A stretch of DNA of 12,751 nucleotides from Paraspadella gotoi (GCA_051294375.1 JBJCIZ010001154.1:1-12751); one strand, 5' to 3'; counted from the first letter of the stretch, positions 1 to 10,400 are shown. Notes: generated by a model not told the origin, from the sequence alone. Numbers and translations: made by a program.

Positions 1-2
1 TA

Positions 3-551
3 GTGGATCCGGAATCCGGCGCGGCGCTGAGCGAAGGTGCCGAGGGAGAGATTCGTGCCAAGGGTCCGCAAGTGATGACGGGCTACTTGGGCGCCGAGGT
101 GAGCGGCTCCGCTTTCGACGAAGAAGGTTGGTTCCGCACTGGAGACGTGGGGCGATTCGAAGACGGTCATCTCTACATCACGGATCGATTGAAAGAAATG
201 ATCAAGTATAAAGGACACGCCGTGGCACCTGCTTCGTTAGAGGCGTTGATCTTGACGCATCCAGATGTCGCCGACGTCGCCGTCATCGGCGTCAATGCCA
301 GCGAGGACGTTGGCGAGACGCCCAAAGCCTTCGTCGTCCTCAAATCGGGCGTCAAGTTGATGGAGGATGAAGTGGAGACGTTCGTGGAAGGAAAAGCGTC
401 GCCCTTCTCTTGGTTGAGAGGAGGAGTGGAGTTTGTGGAGGAGATTCCCAAGTCGGCCTCGGGGAAGATTTTGAGAAAAGTGTTGAGGGAGAGTGAGAGA
501 GAGAGAGTGAGAGAGAGAGAGAGAGAGAGTGAGAGAGAAAGGAGAGAGTGA
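3..551 (+). CDS. Luciferase-like/4CL-like acyl-CoA synthetase, copy A (C-terminal part, 5'-truncated by window edge)
   Basis: Uninterrupted 182-aa frame with ANL motifs GEIRAKGPQVMTGY, GWFRTGD, DRLKEMIKYKG, LRGGV and PKSASGKILRK (A10 catalytic Lys). The GTG at 3 is an internal Val, not a start. The tail runs into a (GA)n tract. Confidence 0.95.
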   Translation: MDPESGAALSEGAEGEIRAKGPQVMTGYLGAEVSGSAFDEEGWFRTGDVGRFEDGHLYITDRLKEMIKYKGHAVAPASLEALILTHPDVADVAVIGVNASEDVGETPKAFVVLKSGVKLMEDEVETFVEGKASPFSWLRGGVEFVEEIPKSASGKILRKVLRESERERVRERERESERERRE

Positions 552-556
552 GAGAG
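488..556. repeat. (GA)n microsatellite overlapping the last codons and stop of copy A
   Basis: gagagtgagagagagagagtgagagaga...; encodes RESERERVRERERESERERRE*. Confidence 0.9.
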
Positions 557-972
557 GTTTAGAACGACGAAGAAAAGAATAGATTCGCTCCCAACATCTC
601 TCTCTCCTTTCGATCTCTCACAATCTTGAACTAAGAATCAAATTTAATGACTGTCAAATGTTGAGTTGGGGCATCGAAAGCTTTCATAATTCATTCCAAT
701 GGGTTTTTTTGGTAATTTTATTTTAACATTCCAGCACCTACTTTTACTGATGACAAATAGCATATTCGTACTGTGTATACTCTCCACTTTGGTTTCATAT
801 TGAAACCCGTCTACTTCAATTATTAACTATTGTTCTGGCGACTCTAACTTTTACGATAATTAGATCGAACAGGGTTAACTTTGAACAAAAGAACAGTTAG
901 TTCAGCGTTTTGCTACTTGGCCTACTAATCAAGTTTATTCGTCCTCCCAGGCAAAAGAAGGTTTTCTGCGCG

Positions 973-973
973 C

Positions 974-1033
<60 letters not shown>

Positions 1034-1073
1034 AGTGACAACCGCTTTCCAGATTCTTACTCAAGTTCTTCTG

Positions 1074-1152
<79 letters not shown>

Positions 1153-1208
1153 CCCCTCTCTCCCACACACACACACCGGTTTCCAGGATTCGTACTCAAG
1201 TTCTTCTG
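973..1208. repeat. Compound (CT)n/(CA)n microsatellite in a two-copy tandem duplication
   Basis: CT tracts at ~973-1030 and ~1074-1161 and a CA tract at ~1164-1176. Each CT block is followed by a near-identical tail: ccgctttccagattcttactcaagttcttctg (~1041-1072) and ccggtttccaggattcgtactcaagttcttctg (~1176-1208). Confidence 0.9.
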
Positions 1209-1484
1209 TTTTAATTGAATTCGTACTGGTTTTATATTTTATTTTTTTACTTTCTTTTGTAATGGGTTATTTTAATTTCTCTCCGTTAATTCGTCGCATG
1301 CAAATCCACTTTTCTCCATTTTTATTTTGTTAAATCTGTAATCAATTTGTTACTGACGATTGTTATTGTTGAAACTTAGAAAAAAGATTACTTCTTTTCA
1401 AAAATTTAAATTTTTTTTATTTTAGATTTTAAACATTCCAAAAAAAAATAAAACGACAACAAACAACAATAGCATAAAGAACAA

Positions 1485-1796
1485 ATGATGTTTCGCCCTT
1501 CGACTTTCGCCTCTCCGTTCTCTCGCCTCCTTAGCCCCTTTCCACGGCCTTTCGCTCGCGGCCTTCGCCCCTTGGCGTGCCTGAGGGCTACGGACCGCCT
1601 CTTCTCCGTTCCGCCCACTTCAGCCCCGACCAACTTACCCTACCTGCACCCTCGCGCCATCTAGTGTTCGCTTCTCTCGCCAACGACACTAGCGCCCCGA
1701 GGAGGATGTCTTCAGCGTCGTTCAAACGGTTTTACCTCCAACATTCAGATCAGAAGTCTTTCTCAATTTTGAGACGAAACGAGCCTGGACGGCCAG
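1485..1796 (+). CDS. Copy B exon 1 (presequence-like N-terminus; frameshifted)
   Basis: ATG ATG at 1485 gives [34 protein letters not shown]. The 3' end reads [14 protein letters not shown] then AG|gttggg, in phase with exon 2. Confidence 0.7.
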
Positions 1797-4700
1797 GTTG
1801 GGTTAAGGGCTCGATTTGATTGGTTTAATGTGGTTAATTCGATCGATTTTGATTGGGTAATCTGTTGATAAGGTTTTATTTAATTTAGTTATAATAATTT
1901 TTAGACAAAATAGATTGTTATATATATTATAGTTATTTATATTTATAAACATATACGCTTTTCTTGTTTGAAACGATAAAAATTTTTTTAGAATTTTAAA
2001 ATACAATAAAAAAGACTATTTTTTTTTTGGAGTATTTTTTGTTTAACAATATTTATATTTTTAACTTATGTATACATATTTTTTTTTATCAAAATGATTT
2101 AATAATTATTTTATTTAAAGCTTAATTTTAAATCATATATATTTATATTAAAAATTTTTTGTTGCGTTTTAGATTAGTAACAGAAATACTTAAATTGTTC
2201 ACAAACAAATCATATTAATATTTAAGTAAATACAAATTTGACAATTAAAATATTTACAATAATAAATTATTTTAATAATTTTTATTATAAATGTTTTCAT
2301 CAAATATTAATTATTTGAAATTAAAAAATTTAAAGATGTTTTTTTCATTTTCATTTTAATCTATATTTTAATAATTGATTAAATTTCTCTTGATATTTCT
2401 TTATTTCTCCACATCATATCTTCATCAGGGCAGTGATCAATGCTGCAGAAAGCGTCGCCGTTGCCCTCTCTTCCATGGGTTTTTCACGCGGCGATCGCCT
2501 CTGCATTTTCGCGACAAACTGCCCTGAGTTCGCCGTTACAGTCTTTGCCACATGGGCACTGGGCGGCGTCGTTCTTCCAGCCAACACGACGTTGATCGCT
2601 TCAGAATTAAAAGGACAAGTGAACGATTCGGGTTCTACTTTTTTGGCATGCACTAAGGTAAGGATTTATTTTATATAGAGGGATGCAATGAAGCAGAATG
2701 ATGAATTGCAATGGATGCAATGAAGCAGCATAATAGATGATAGATTGCAATGGATGCAATGAAGCAGAATGATGGATTGCAATGGACGCAATGAAGCAGA
2801 ATGATGGATTGCAATGGATGCAATGAAGTGGGTTTCAGGAAATAAAATCCAATTACAATAAAGTGATCTTTTAGTAGTGAGGCAACAATAAAAAAATAAA
2901 CTATGATCTGAATGCTATTTAATGTAATGATGCAATATGTCATAGAGAAGGATATAACCAAATAGGATGAAATAATATAGGATGCAATGAATTAGGGAAT
3001 AATGAAGCGATATGCAGTAAAGTAGAATAGAGTAGTTGTATTCAATGAAGTGGGATCAAATAAAATGTAATTGTTCTACAGGATCTCATTAAGACTGCAG
3101 CTGAAGTTTTCTGTGAAACAAATGAACTTCGACGACTCATAATTTTGGATGCAGAAGTTGATGCTGGTAAATTCAAAATTGTCATATAAAAAGCTCATTT
3201 AAAATAAAAATGATTTATTCATAATTACAATACCTATAAATAACATTTTTTAATATGTACAATATATACAAAGCAAAATTTTAGCTTTCTAATTATTTTT
3301 ATGACATTTCAATTATTTCTATCCTATTTTAGCGCCACCTGACATCATCAAAGACTCCATCTCCCTCAGCCTCCCTGATGGAGTTCGACTCGAGTCTCTA
3401 CTCGGGTCCCCCTGAGATCGACCCCTTCAACGACATCGCGGTGCTTCCCTACAGCAGTGGAACGACAGGATTGCCCAAGGGAATCATGCTCACCCATCAC
3501 AATGTCCTTTCCGTTCAATACCAAATTTTACACCCGATGTTCATAGAGAATATTAAAGGTCAGGTCAGCCTAATTAAAATTGTTGGTTTTTAAAATCAAA
3601 ACAGAACTTACCACTGCTGAATTAACCCGATCGCTTTCTCCCTAAAAACTTCATCAATTTTCTTTATTTGATTAGGCTTTACACTTTGGTCTCTGATTAG
3701 ACTCTTCTTGCTTTCTTTTGAACTACTTTGGGCCTTCTTCCTTTCTTTGATTAGATTATGCCTTTTTTTCTTATAACTTACCTTTGGGCCTTCCTTCCTT
3801 TCTTTGATGTTAAAGGTTCTCCTTTTATAGACTCTTACACTTTCTTCTTCTTCTTTGATAGTAACTTTGGCCTCCTTTGATAACTCTTACACTTTGCCTT
3901 CTTCTCTTGATTAATTGGCTTCTCTTTGATAGACTCTATTGGGCTCTCTTGAAGACAACTTTGCTTTCCTTATGACTTTATGGGCTTCTATTGCTTACCT
4001 TTGGCTCTCTTCTTTATTTGACTACCTTTGGCCTTCTCTCTTGATGATTCCGGCCTTTTTTTATTGTCTTCATTTGCTTCTTTTTTCTTTGATTCAGAGA
4101 ACTCTTACACTTTGGGCCCTTTCTGGGACTTTCTAGCTCTTTTATCATGGTTATGCCCTTTTCTACTATTTTTCTTTATATTTCTTTTGATTCTAGACTC
4201 TTACACTTAAGGGCCTTCTTCCTTTCCTAATCATCGTTATGGCCGTTTTCGTCATTCTTCTAAATGCGACCTCCAAGGCAGCCACCGTCGTGACTATACC
4301 ACAGTTTGAGGCAAAGATTTTCTCCAATCCATTTCAGGTATTCTTAGCTTTAATTCATCCAAACTTTTAACAAAAGAAATATACTAAAATAATTATTGTA
4401 AAAAAAAAATATTTATTAACGAACAATAACCTTTTTTTTTCATTAATCTATTTAAATGTGTAGGACTACAAGAATGGCCAACGCTTCCCTGGTGCCACCG
4501 TTGGTTGTTTTTAATGGCCAAAGATCCGATCATTGAGGCACGATTTATGACTCTTTCCTCAGTGAAAAACGTTATCCTGCGCCGCTGCGCCGCTTCAGCA
4601 AAGATATCGGAACTGCAAATTCCTTTAAAAGCCGCTTAAGCGTGATCGTCTCAGACAAAGGGTGAGAGCAAGTTTTAATTTCAAAGTAGTATTACAGATT

Positions 4701-5716
4701 TAACTATTACAACGATAATATCTATGATTTTAAACTCAAATTAAAATGGTTAAGTGATATTTAAACTCAAATTAAATTTTAAATGATTTTTAAACTAAAA
4801 TTAAATGATTAATGATTTTAAACTCAAATTAAATGGTTAATGATTTTAGAACTTCAGATTAGCCTTGTGGTTTCATCTTAGATACGGATTCGGAAAGCCT
4901 CATCAACTCGGCCCGGTCTCTAATCTTCCTGGTTACTATCCCCCCCTGGATCATCGGGATGATCTTTTCCCAACAACTAAACCTCAAGATTTTGGACATC
5001 GAGTCCGGAAAAGGAATTGGGTTATGGAGAAAAGGAGAATCTGTGTTCGCGGACGCTCAAGTCATGAAGGTATTTTTTATCATTTTTGCCATTATTTATC
5101 GATATCCTTTTTTTATAATAATTTTATTATAAAATAAGAAATAGTTTTGTTAATTATAAACTCCATATTACTATTGCAGGGCTTACTTGAACAATGAAAA
5201 AGCAACAGAATGATTGCATCGCATGAGGACGTTGCCTTCCAACACCGGAGGACGTAGGCTACTTGCTTGAAGATCAAAACCTCTTTTTGTGACTGACAGA
5301 GTGAGAAGAGGCATCCATTCAAGTAAACAAGGGACACTCAGGTCAATTGTCAACTTTGCAAGAGACATAGGAAAGAGGGAATTGAAGTTTGCACGAGTCA
5401 TTTTCCCTAGATCAGGTCAGCGTCCCGCCAACGCTGGATCACTATTGCTGACCCACAAGGCCGTCGCCGAACGCCCGCCGTCATTGGGTGTCCCGTCCGG
5501 TGAATATGATTGGCACCTTCCAAAGCTTTCGGTCGTGTTGAAGACAGACGCCGATCCACGTGACTGCGGAGGAAATCCAAGTATTTGTCAAAGGAACGGT
5601 ACGTCGCCCTTTGGTTGGTTGCGAGGCGGCGTCGACTTTGTGGGCCTTCCATCGCCCAAAAGCTGCGTCGGGGAAGATCCTGCGGCGTCTGCCTGCGGAA
5701 TCAATGCAGTGAGTGA
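1485..5716 (+). CDS. Luciferase-like/4CL-like acyl-CoA synthetase, copy B (full length, 9 exons; frameshifted as written)
   Basis: Inferred exons with GT-AG boundaries: 1485-1796, 2429-2657, 3082-3166, 3333-3558, 4197-4337, 4464-4661, 4882-5069, 5180-5341, 5416-5716. Junction phases fit where checkable (AWTA-R-AVIN, ACTK|DLIK, K-D-SYT). Motifs [42 protein letters not shown]; several need indel correction. Confidence 0.88.
2429..2657 (+). CDS. Copy B exon 2
   Basis: ttcatcag|G GCA GTG ... ACTK|gtaagg; [34 protein letters not shown]...[15 protein letters not shown], typical ANL N-terminal region. Confidence 0.9.
2681..2829. repeat. 32-bp minisatellite in intron 2 of copy B
   Basis: Unit GGATGCAATGAAGCAGAATGATGGATTGCAAT, ~4.4 copies (one with an insertion), with decayed partial copies to ~3055. 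Confidence 0.9.
3082..3166 (+). CDS. Copy B exon 3
   Basis: ctacag|[28 protein letters not shown](G)|gtaaat; 85 nt, phase 0 to phase 1, matching its neighbours. Confidence 0.8.
3333..3558 (+). CDS. Copy B exon 4 (AMP-binding P-loop)
   Basis: ttttag| ... [24 protein letters not shown] ... ENIK G|gtcagg; one +1 frameshift near 3370. Confidence 0.9.
3665..4226 (+). repeat. Degenerate ~38-bp tandem repeat copied from the intron 4 acceptor/exon 5 start
   Basis: Consensus ~TTTGATTAG|ACTCTTACACTTTGGGCCTTCTTCCTTTC recurs in fragments through the intron; the last copy (AG at 4195-4196) runs into exon 5. Confidence 0.75.
4197..4337 (+). CDS. Copy B exon 5
   Basis: After indel correction (D)SYTLGLLPFxHxYG..[26 protein letters not shown]|gtattc. 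Confidence 0.75.
4464..4661 (+). CDS. Copy B exon 6
   Basis: gtgtag|[15 protein letters not shown](M)AKDPII..YD.SSVKNVI.AAAPL...LRQG|gtgaga, with indels. Confidence 0.8.
4724..4848. repeat. ~28-bp AT-rich minisatellite in intron 6 of copy B
   Basis: Unit ~ATGATTTTAAACTCAAATTAAATGGTTA, ~4.3 copies. Confidence 0.85.
4882..5069 (+). CDS. Copy B exon 7
   Basis: tcttag|(G)YG...[37 protein letters not shown]|gtattt, with indels. Confidence 0.75.
5180..5341 (+). CDS. Copy B exon 8
   Basis: ttgcag|GYLNNEKAT...TGDVGY..EDQNLFVTDRV....KG.Q|gtcaat, with indels. Confidence 0.75.
5416..5716 (+). CDS. Copy B exon 9 (C-terminal domain)
   Basis: [20 protein letters not shown]...LPKAFVVLK...[31 protein letters not shown], with indels. 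Confidence 0.8.
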
Positions 5717-5924
5717 AAATTGAAACAAATAGTAATGAATATTATGTAATTGATGTGAACAAAGAAATTCGAATTGCATTGTTTCAGGCTTGTCGTCAGA
5801 GGCCTATTAGGGGAAAGCTGATTGTCTACACGTTGGTTGTCAAGTTCCTTAAGAATTAGTATTCAATAACTATAAAGGAAAAGCAAGTTTGAGGCGGTCA
5901 TTTAGCATTTAGCCGATCTGCTTA

Positions 5925-6275
5925 CAGCAGCATTTTCCGGCTCTGATAATTCACTTAGTCGGTCCGTCGGTCAGCCCACCACAATCTTGTCGTAAGTCAC
6001 TTATATCATCTCAGAACATCGAATTATTAAAAAATTATGAAAAAGAAACCGATGACATTTCGTACTTCCTTCCGTCTACGCCGTCTGTCTGACTGTCCAC
6101 TCGTCCTCCCCCCTTAGCTGCTTGAACGCCAATTAAACTCATGAATAGAGATCGGCCGATTGACTTAAAATTTTATACGTGGTAGGAAAAGTGTGTCGGA
6201 TTCAGGCTGGAAATACGAGCTTTCGATAGAATTCGTCCGAGGATATGAGTTTAAATGGAAAACAAACCTATTTCC
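5925..6275 (+). mobile_element. Interspersed repeat, DINE-1/HINE (Helentron-derived)-like, copy 1
   Basis: Aligns by eye with the reverse complement of 6735-6985. Contains gtcggtccgtcggtc and ccgtctgtctg tetranucleotide-like tracts followed by ccgattgacttaaaatttt. Family assignment is from recalled motif style only. Confidence 0.55.
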
Positions 6276-6734
6276 AATAAATTGATTTTTCTTTTTATAT
6301 TAAATGTTAAATGCGAGCCTGCATTAATGTAATCATCTATTAATTAAGGCAATCATCAATTTATTCAATCAATCAAAAAAAAATTAATCAATTGTCGTCT
6401 GTGTTATCATCTTTTTCATCGCCTTCCTTCCTTGACGTCTGCTTTTGTCGTAGATGCAAGATAGATTAAGTCAATTATTTACATAAATTAATTAATGATT
6501 AATTACTGCTATTATAATCCTGGGCAATCCGGCACTTGTGCTCAAACTTCTGATTTATGTGGATAATCTTTGGTGATAATGCAATTAAATGTTGCGTTAA
6601 TGTTTTTATCGGTAAAGTTGTGGTTGTTCGGTGGTTAGGATTTGTAATATTTCCGTTAAATTGATAGTAGTAAGTGCTGACAATCAGTATATTTACATTC
6701 ACAACATAAAATAAAAAATATCACATTAAAATAT

Positions 6735-6985
6735 TAACGGTAATAGTTTTTTTCCACCCTAAAACTCATTTCCACTCGATAATTCCCATCGAAACTTTAT
6801 TTCCAAGCTTAATCACATGTTTTCTCACACCCAAAATTTCAAGTCAATCGCTGGATCCAATTCATAAGTAATTAGCGTTCAATGCTTAAGGAGGACGGAC
6901 GCGGATGGATAATTTATCATAATTTGATCTATTTATGGCGGCACGACGGACCCGACGAAGTGAATTATGAAGCCGAGATCTGCTG
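6735..6985 (-). mobile_element. Interspersed repeat, DINE-1/HINE-like, copy 2 (inverted, shorter internally)
   Basis: Reverse complement reads cagcag..cggct..ataattcactt.gtcgg.tccgtcg ... cgtcctcc..ttgaacgc.aatta..atgaat...cgattgacttgaaatttt...tggaaata..tttcgat..gaatt...atgagttt, collinear with copy 1. Confidence 0.55.
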
Positions 6986-7471
6986 GTGGCGATTCCTTTT
7001 ATTCTTTTTGTCCTCATACTAAGTTCATCCAAACTTCTTAAAAAATTCTAAAATTATCCGAGTTAACTTTTTACTACATTTCTTGATCCTATATTTTAAA
7101 TCTTTACTAGCTTAAAAACTTTTTTACATGTTGTTAAATGTATGTTGAATTAGTGAATTTTAATTTGTCAATTGAATTTGACCTTAGAGATTGTAACCGT
7201 GAAAAATACTGATTGCATTCAATAGTTTGATGGTTTAGAATAATTTTTAAAATTTTTTAGTTTTTTATTTTTAAGTATTTTAAAACACTTGTTACCAGTT
7301 GTTCCTAAATACTTTAACACTTGTTTTTATATTATTGTTGGGTCACCTATACATCTATTTTTTTTTTCAGAGAAAACTTTTACTTTCTAACTATCAGTTG
7401 GTTTAAATAACAACTAACTTTTTTGTTCTTGCAATGGTTTTTTTTTTAATTCTTTTTTCAGCATTGTACTC

Positions 7472-10400
7472 ATGTCAAAAATTGATCTCAACTTATATGA
7501 CTCGTTCTTTCTTCTGCGACTCCCCATGCTTTCTGCCCTATACCTACTTGTACTTTCAACATTTTACGTCACTCTGCAATCTACGTTAAAAGTTCACTCT
7601 CTCTATCTCGCTCCTCCTTTACTCATCGCCTCTTCCTCCATTGGACATTCCCAATGTAGATTTTTACAAATTTCGTGAAAAATAACAATTATTGCAACGA
7701 ACAGAAAGTCTGTATCTTTATCAATGCCTCACAAAATTGGAGTCTTGGAACAGCGAGTCGTGTTTTAAATTCTGCAGAACGCTTAGCATCACTATTTTAT
7801 CAAAGCTTGGCTCCGGCAAGGGACTTGCTTACATATTCGCTTCCAATTGCCCAGCAATATTGCTGTCGTGTGTTTGGCAGTGTTGTCAGTTGGGTGGTGT
7901 TGATATTCACCAGCCAACTCCTCTTGTCAACTGGCAGCTTTGAAATCAGTTAGTTTTTAACTGTTTTAAGAGTTCTTTTATGAGTTTGGTACTTTTGATT
8001 TTTTGGTTAAACTTACGTCCTGCAGAGTTAAAGAAGCTGATGCAAAGTTCTGGCTTGTACAAACACTTGCTTCTGACTGCGGAAAAGGTGTTTTCATAAA
8101 ACTAATCTCAGGAATATCATCGTAATGGATGGTGATAAAGACATCCAAATTCTGTCACTCAAAGGGCTAATCATGAAGAGATGATGTTCAAGTCGCCCAT
8201 AATTTTTATTGCCCCTATAAATTTGACTCTTGATCAGAGAAAGCGCTTTTATCGTCTCACGCAGCGGTAAACGAACAGGTTTGCCAAAAGCGTTGTCTAA
8301 CACCACAAGAACATTATTGCTAAGTCAACTTCAAATGACACATGAAATTTCAAATCTGCTCACATAAAGCTGGGATGAATTTTTTTTTTTACAAAAAATT
8401 TACAATAATTTACTAAATATTTGTTTACGATATATAAATAAATATATAGAGAAATACGAAGTAAGCCGCAGATTCAAGTCAACTTCTAATTAATGTTATT
8501 AAGCAAAGTTTTTGTCTTTTAAATTCAAATGGTAATTATAGATGCTAATATATTAGATTTTATTATTATAATTTGAATTTATGTATAAGACTTTCGATTT
8601 CGTTTTTTTATTTAGGCATTTGGAAAAACAAGTTTCTAATGTGCAACGAATTTTATTGACAAAGTAAGTCGGACATGTTTCGACTCTATAGAGTTAGAGT
8701 CCTTCAACATACAGCAAAGTTGATGCCTGATGAAAAGACTCTAACTCTAATAAGAGTCGAAACATGTCGACTTACTTTGTCATAAAATTCGTTGGCCAAC
8801 ATTAAAACTGTTTTTACTAATATAATTTAATTAAAATATTTAAAGTTTGAATAATCTAGTTTTTTGTATGCTTTTAAAATTAATACTATGGTATGTTAGG
8901 AGATTGCACATTACGACTTGGGAACACGATGAGCATCCTTACATATAATTTCTCTATGTGACTCATCAATAACCGTAACGCCATTAGTAAGTATTAATGA
9001 AGTTAGTTGTAATTTAGGACAATCGAAATAGCAATCAGTAAGCCCATATGGAAGAGCAATCAGAAGAGTGGAAGAGGCTGTGGAAGGCTCAAAGCTACAA
9101 AAAGATAACCATTTATTATACTAATTCCACTATTTAATAATTTCAGGTAATCAATCAATTACTTATGGTCCAGGAGCAATTCTCTTAAAAAAAATTAAAA
9201 AGTTCCCGCTTTCTTTTATAACAAAAACTAAATTTAATGGACCAATGAGAAAAAGAGTCTTTTTTCTTTAAAATTATTGAGAATTCAATCATAAAATTAT
9301 TATTGTAGAATTCGAACCAATGAAAGTCAAGATAATATAAAATCATTAAAGTTGAGAACAAACCAATTGAAGATGATTCAGAATTCCACGAAGAGAATTT
9401 GTTTTAGATTTAAAATCATTTCTAACATGTAGCGTTTTTTTTGGAAAGGGTAATATTTTTGAATCTTTCAAAGACTACGTCAATAGAGTTGGCAGCAACT
9501 CAAGAGCAAAAAAATACTTGAATGACTGAACAAAGTATATTCAGAATGTGAGATAGTATGATAACTAGTACAAAAAATATTTTCTTTGTATTGGTCCGGG
9601 AACATAATAGTAAAAATATAATAATATTTGTAGTAATATTCTATAAAATAATACATTTAAAATTTTTTTTTTTTTTCAATAAACTTTTATTAAAGATCAG
9701 ATTCTTCATAAAAAGTTGAATCAAAAATAAAAACATGTTAATCAAAATATTCTTCTTCGAGCATTTAAAATGGGAAAAAAAGGTAAAAAATTCATCGAAT
9801 TTTTTTATTCTCTGTAGTAAATAACTTATATATGTTAAAACATTTTAGTCATTTTTTAAGATCTAAACATTAGAATATCATATAACTATTTTATAAAAGT
9901 TTCTTAGTTTTTTAATGTAAATCCAAATCCTGTTCTAAAATTAAAAAAAATATTTTCGAAATTTAACGATTTTCTTAAGGATATTATTACATAAATAATT
10001 TAAATTTACTATACTGTTATGCTACAAAAATTTTTAAACAAGGATATAAATTTAAATTAATTACATGTCCATAAGGCAGCAAAAAAATAATATTCAATCA
10101 CTCAATCTTTTTTCATCACTCACCCTAACTACGCAAATTCACAATTTATATTTTCTACTCCAGATGAATGCATAATGGGCTGCTAACCCTTTCTACACCA
10201 TGTTCCTACGGCTTGTTTTGAATCCTTTTTCCAATTTGACTCTCCATCATTAGCGTCGTTATCTTCCAGCTTTTAAGCCGGCTCATTTCTTTCTGCCATC
10301 CAATTACACAGTCCGCATAACGGTGATGCATCTGTTCCAACTCTTGTAATTTCCTAGCCAAGATCCTCCTTGGTTGATGACTATGACGTGTCTTCTTCGT

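Larger units (their letters stand above)
8624..8815. repeat. Long inverted repeat (~80-bp arms) in the large intron of copy C, probably a Penelope-like element terminal remnant
   Basis: 8624-8701 is the near-perfect reverse complement of 8737-8815 (caacgaatttta.tgacaaagtaagtc.gacatgtttcgactct...agagttagagtc). Confidence 0.9.

Noticed and set aside
173-451. Minus-strand ORFs 173-451, 1406-1633, 2414-2653, 5407-5652, 8094-8306
   Set aside because: Antisense shadows of ACS exons with no independent motifs.
897-1199. Minus-strand 100-aa ER-repeat ORF
   Set aside because: Translation of the (CT)n microsatellite.
2671-2961. 96-aa minus-strand ORF, or a CRISPR-like reading of the 32-bp repeats
   Set aside because: Contiguous intronic minisatellite with no unique spacers and no cas genes, in a eukaryotic context.
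3441-3540. Calling copy B a true beetle-type luciferase
   Set aside because: The P-loop is family-wide. The position matching Photinus R218 reads Val (HHNVLSV vs HRTACVR) and no PTS1 is evident, so only 'luciferase-like' is supported.
3939-4210. Hydrophobic membrane-peptide-like ORFs
   Set aside because: Produced by the pyrimidine-rich intronic repeat.
8895-9560. Possible nested exons or transposon fragments in the large intron of copy C
   Set aside because: Some splice-like signals and richer composition, but the frames I checked close quickly and I recognise no protein motif.
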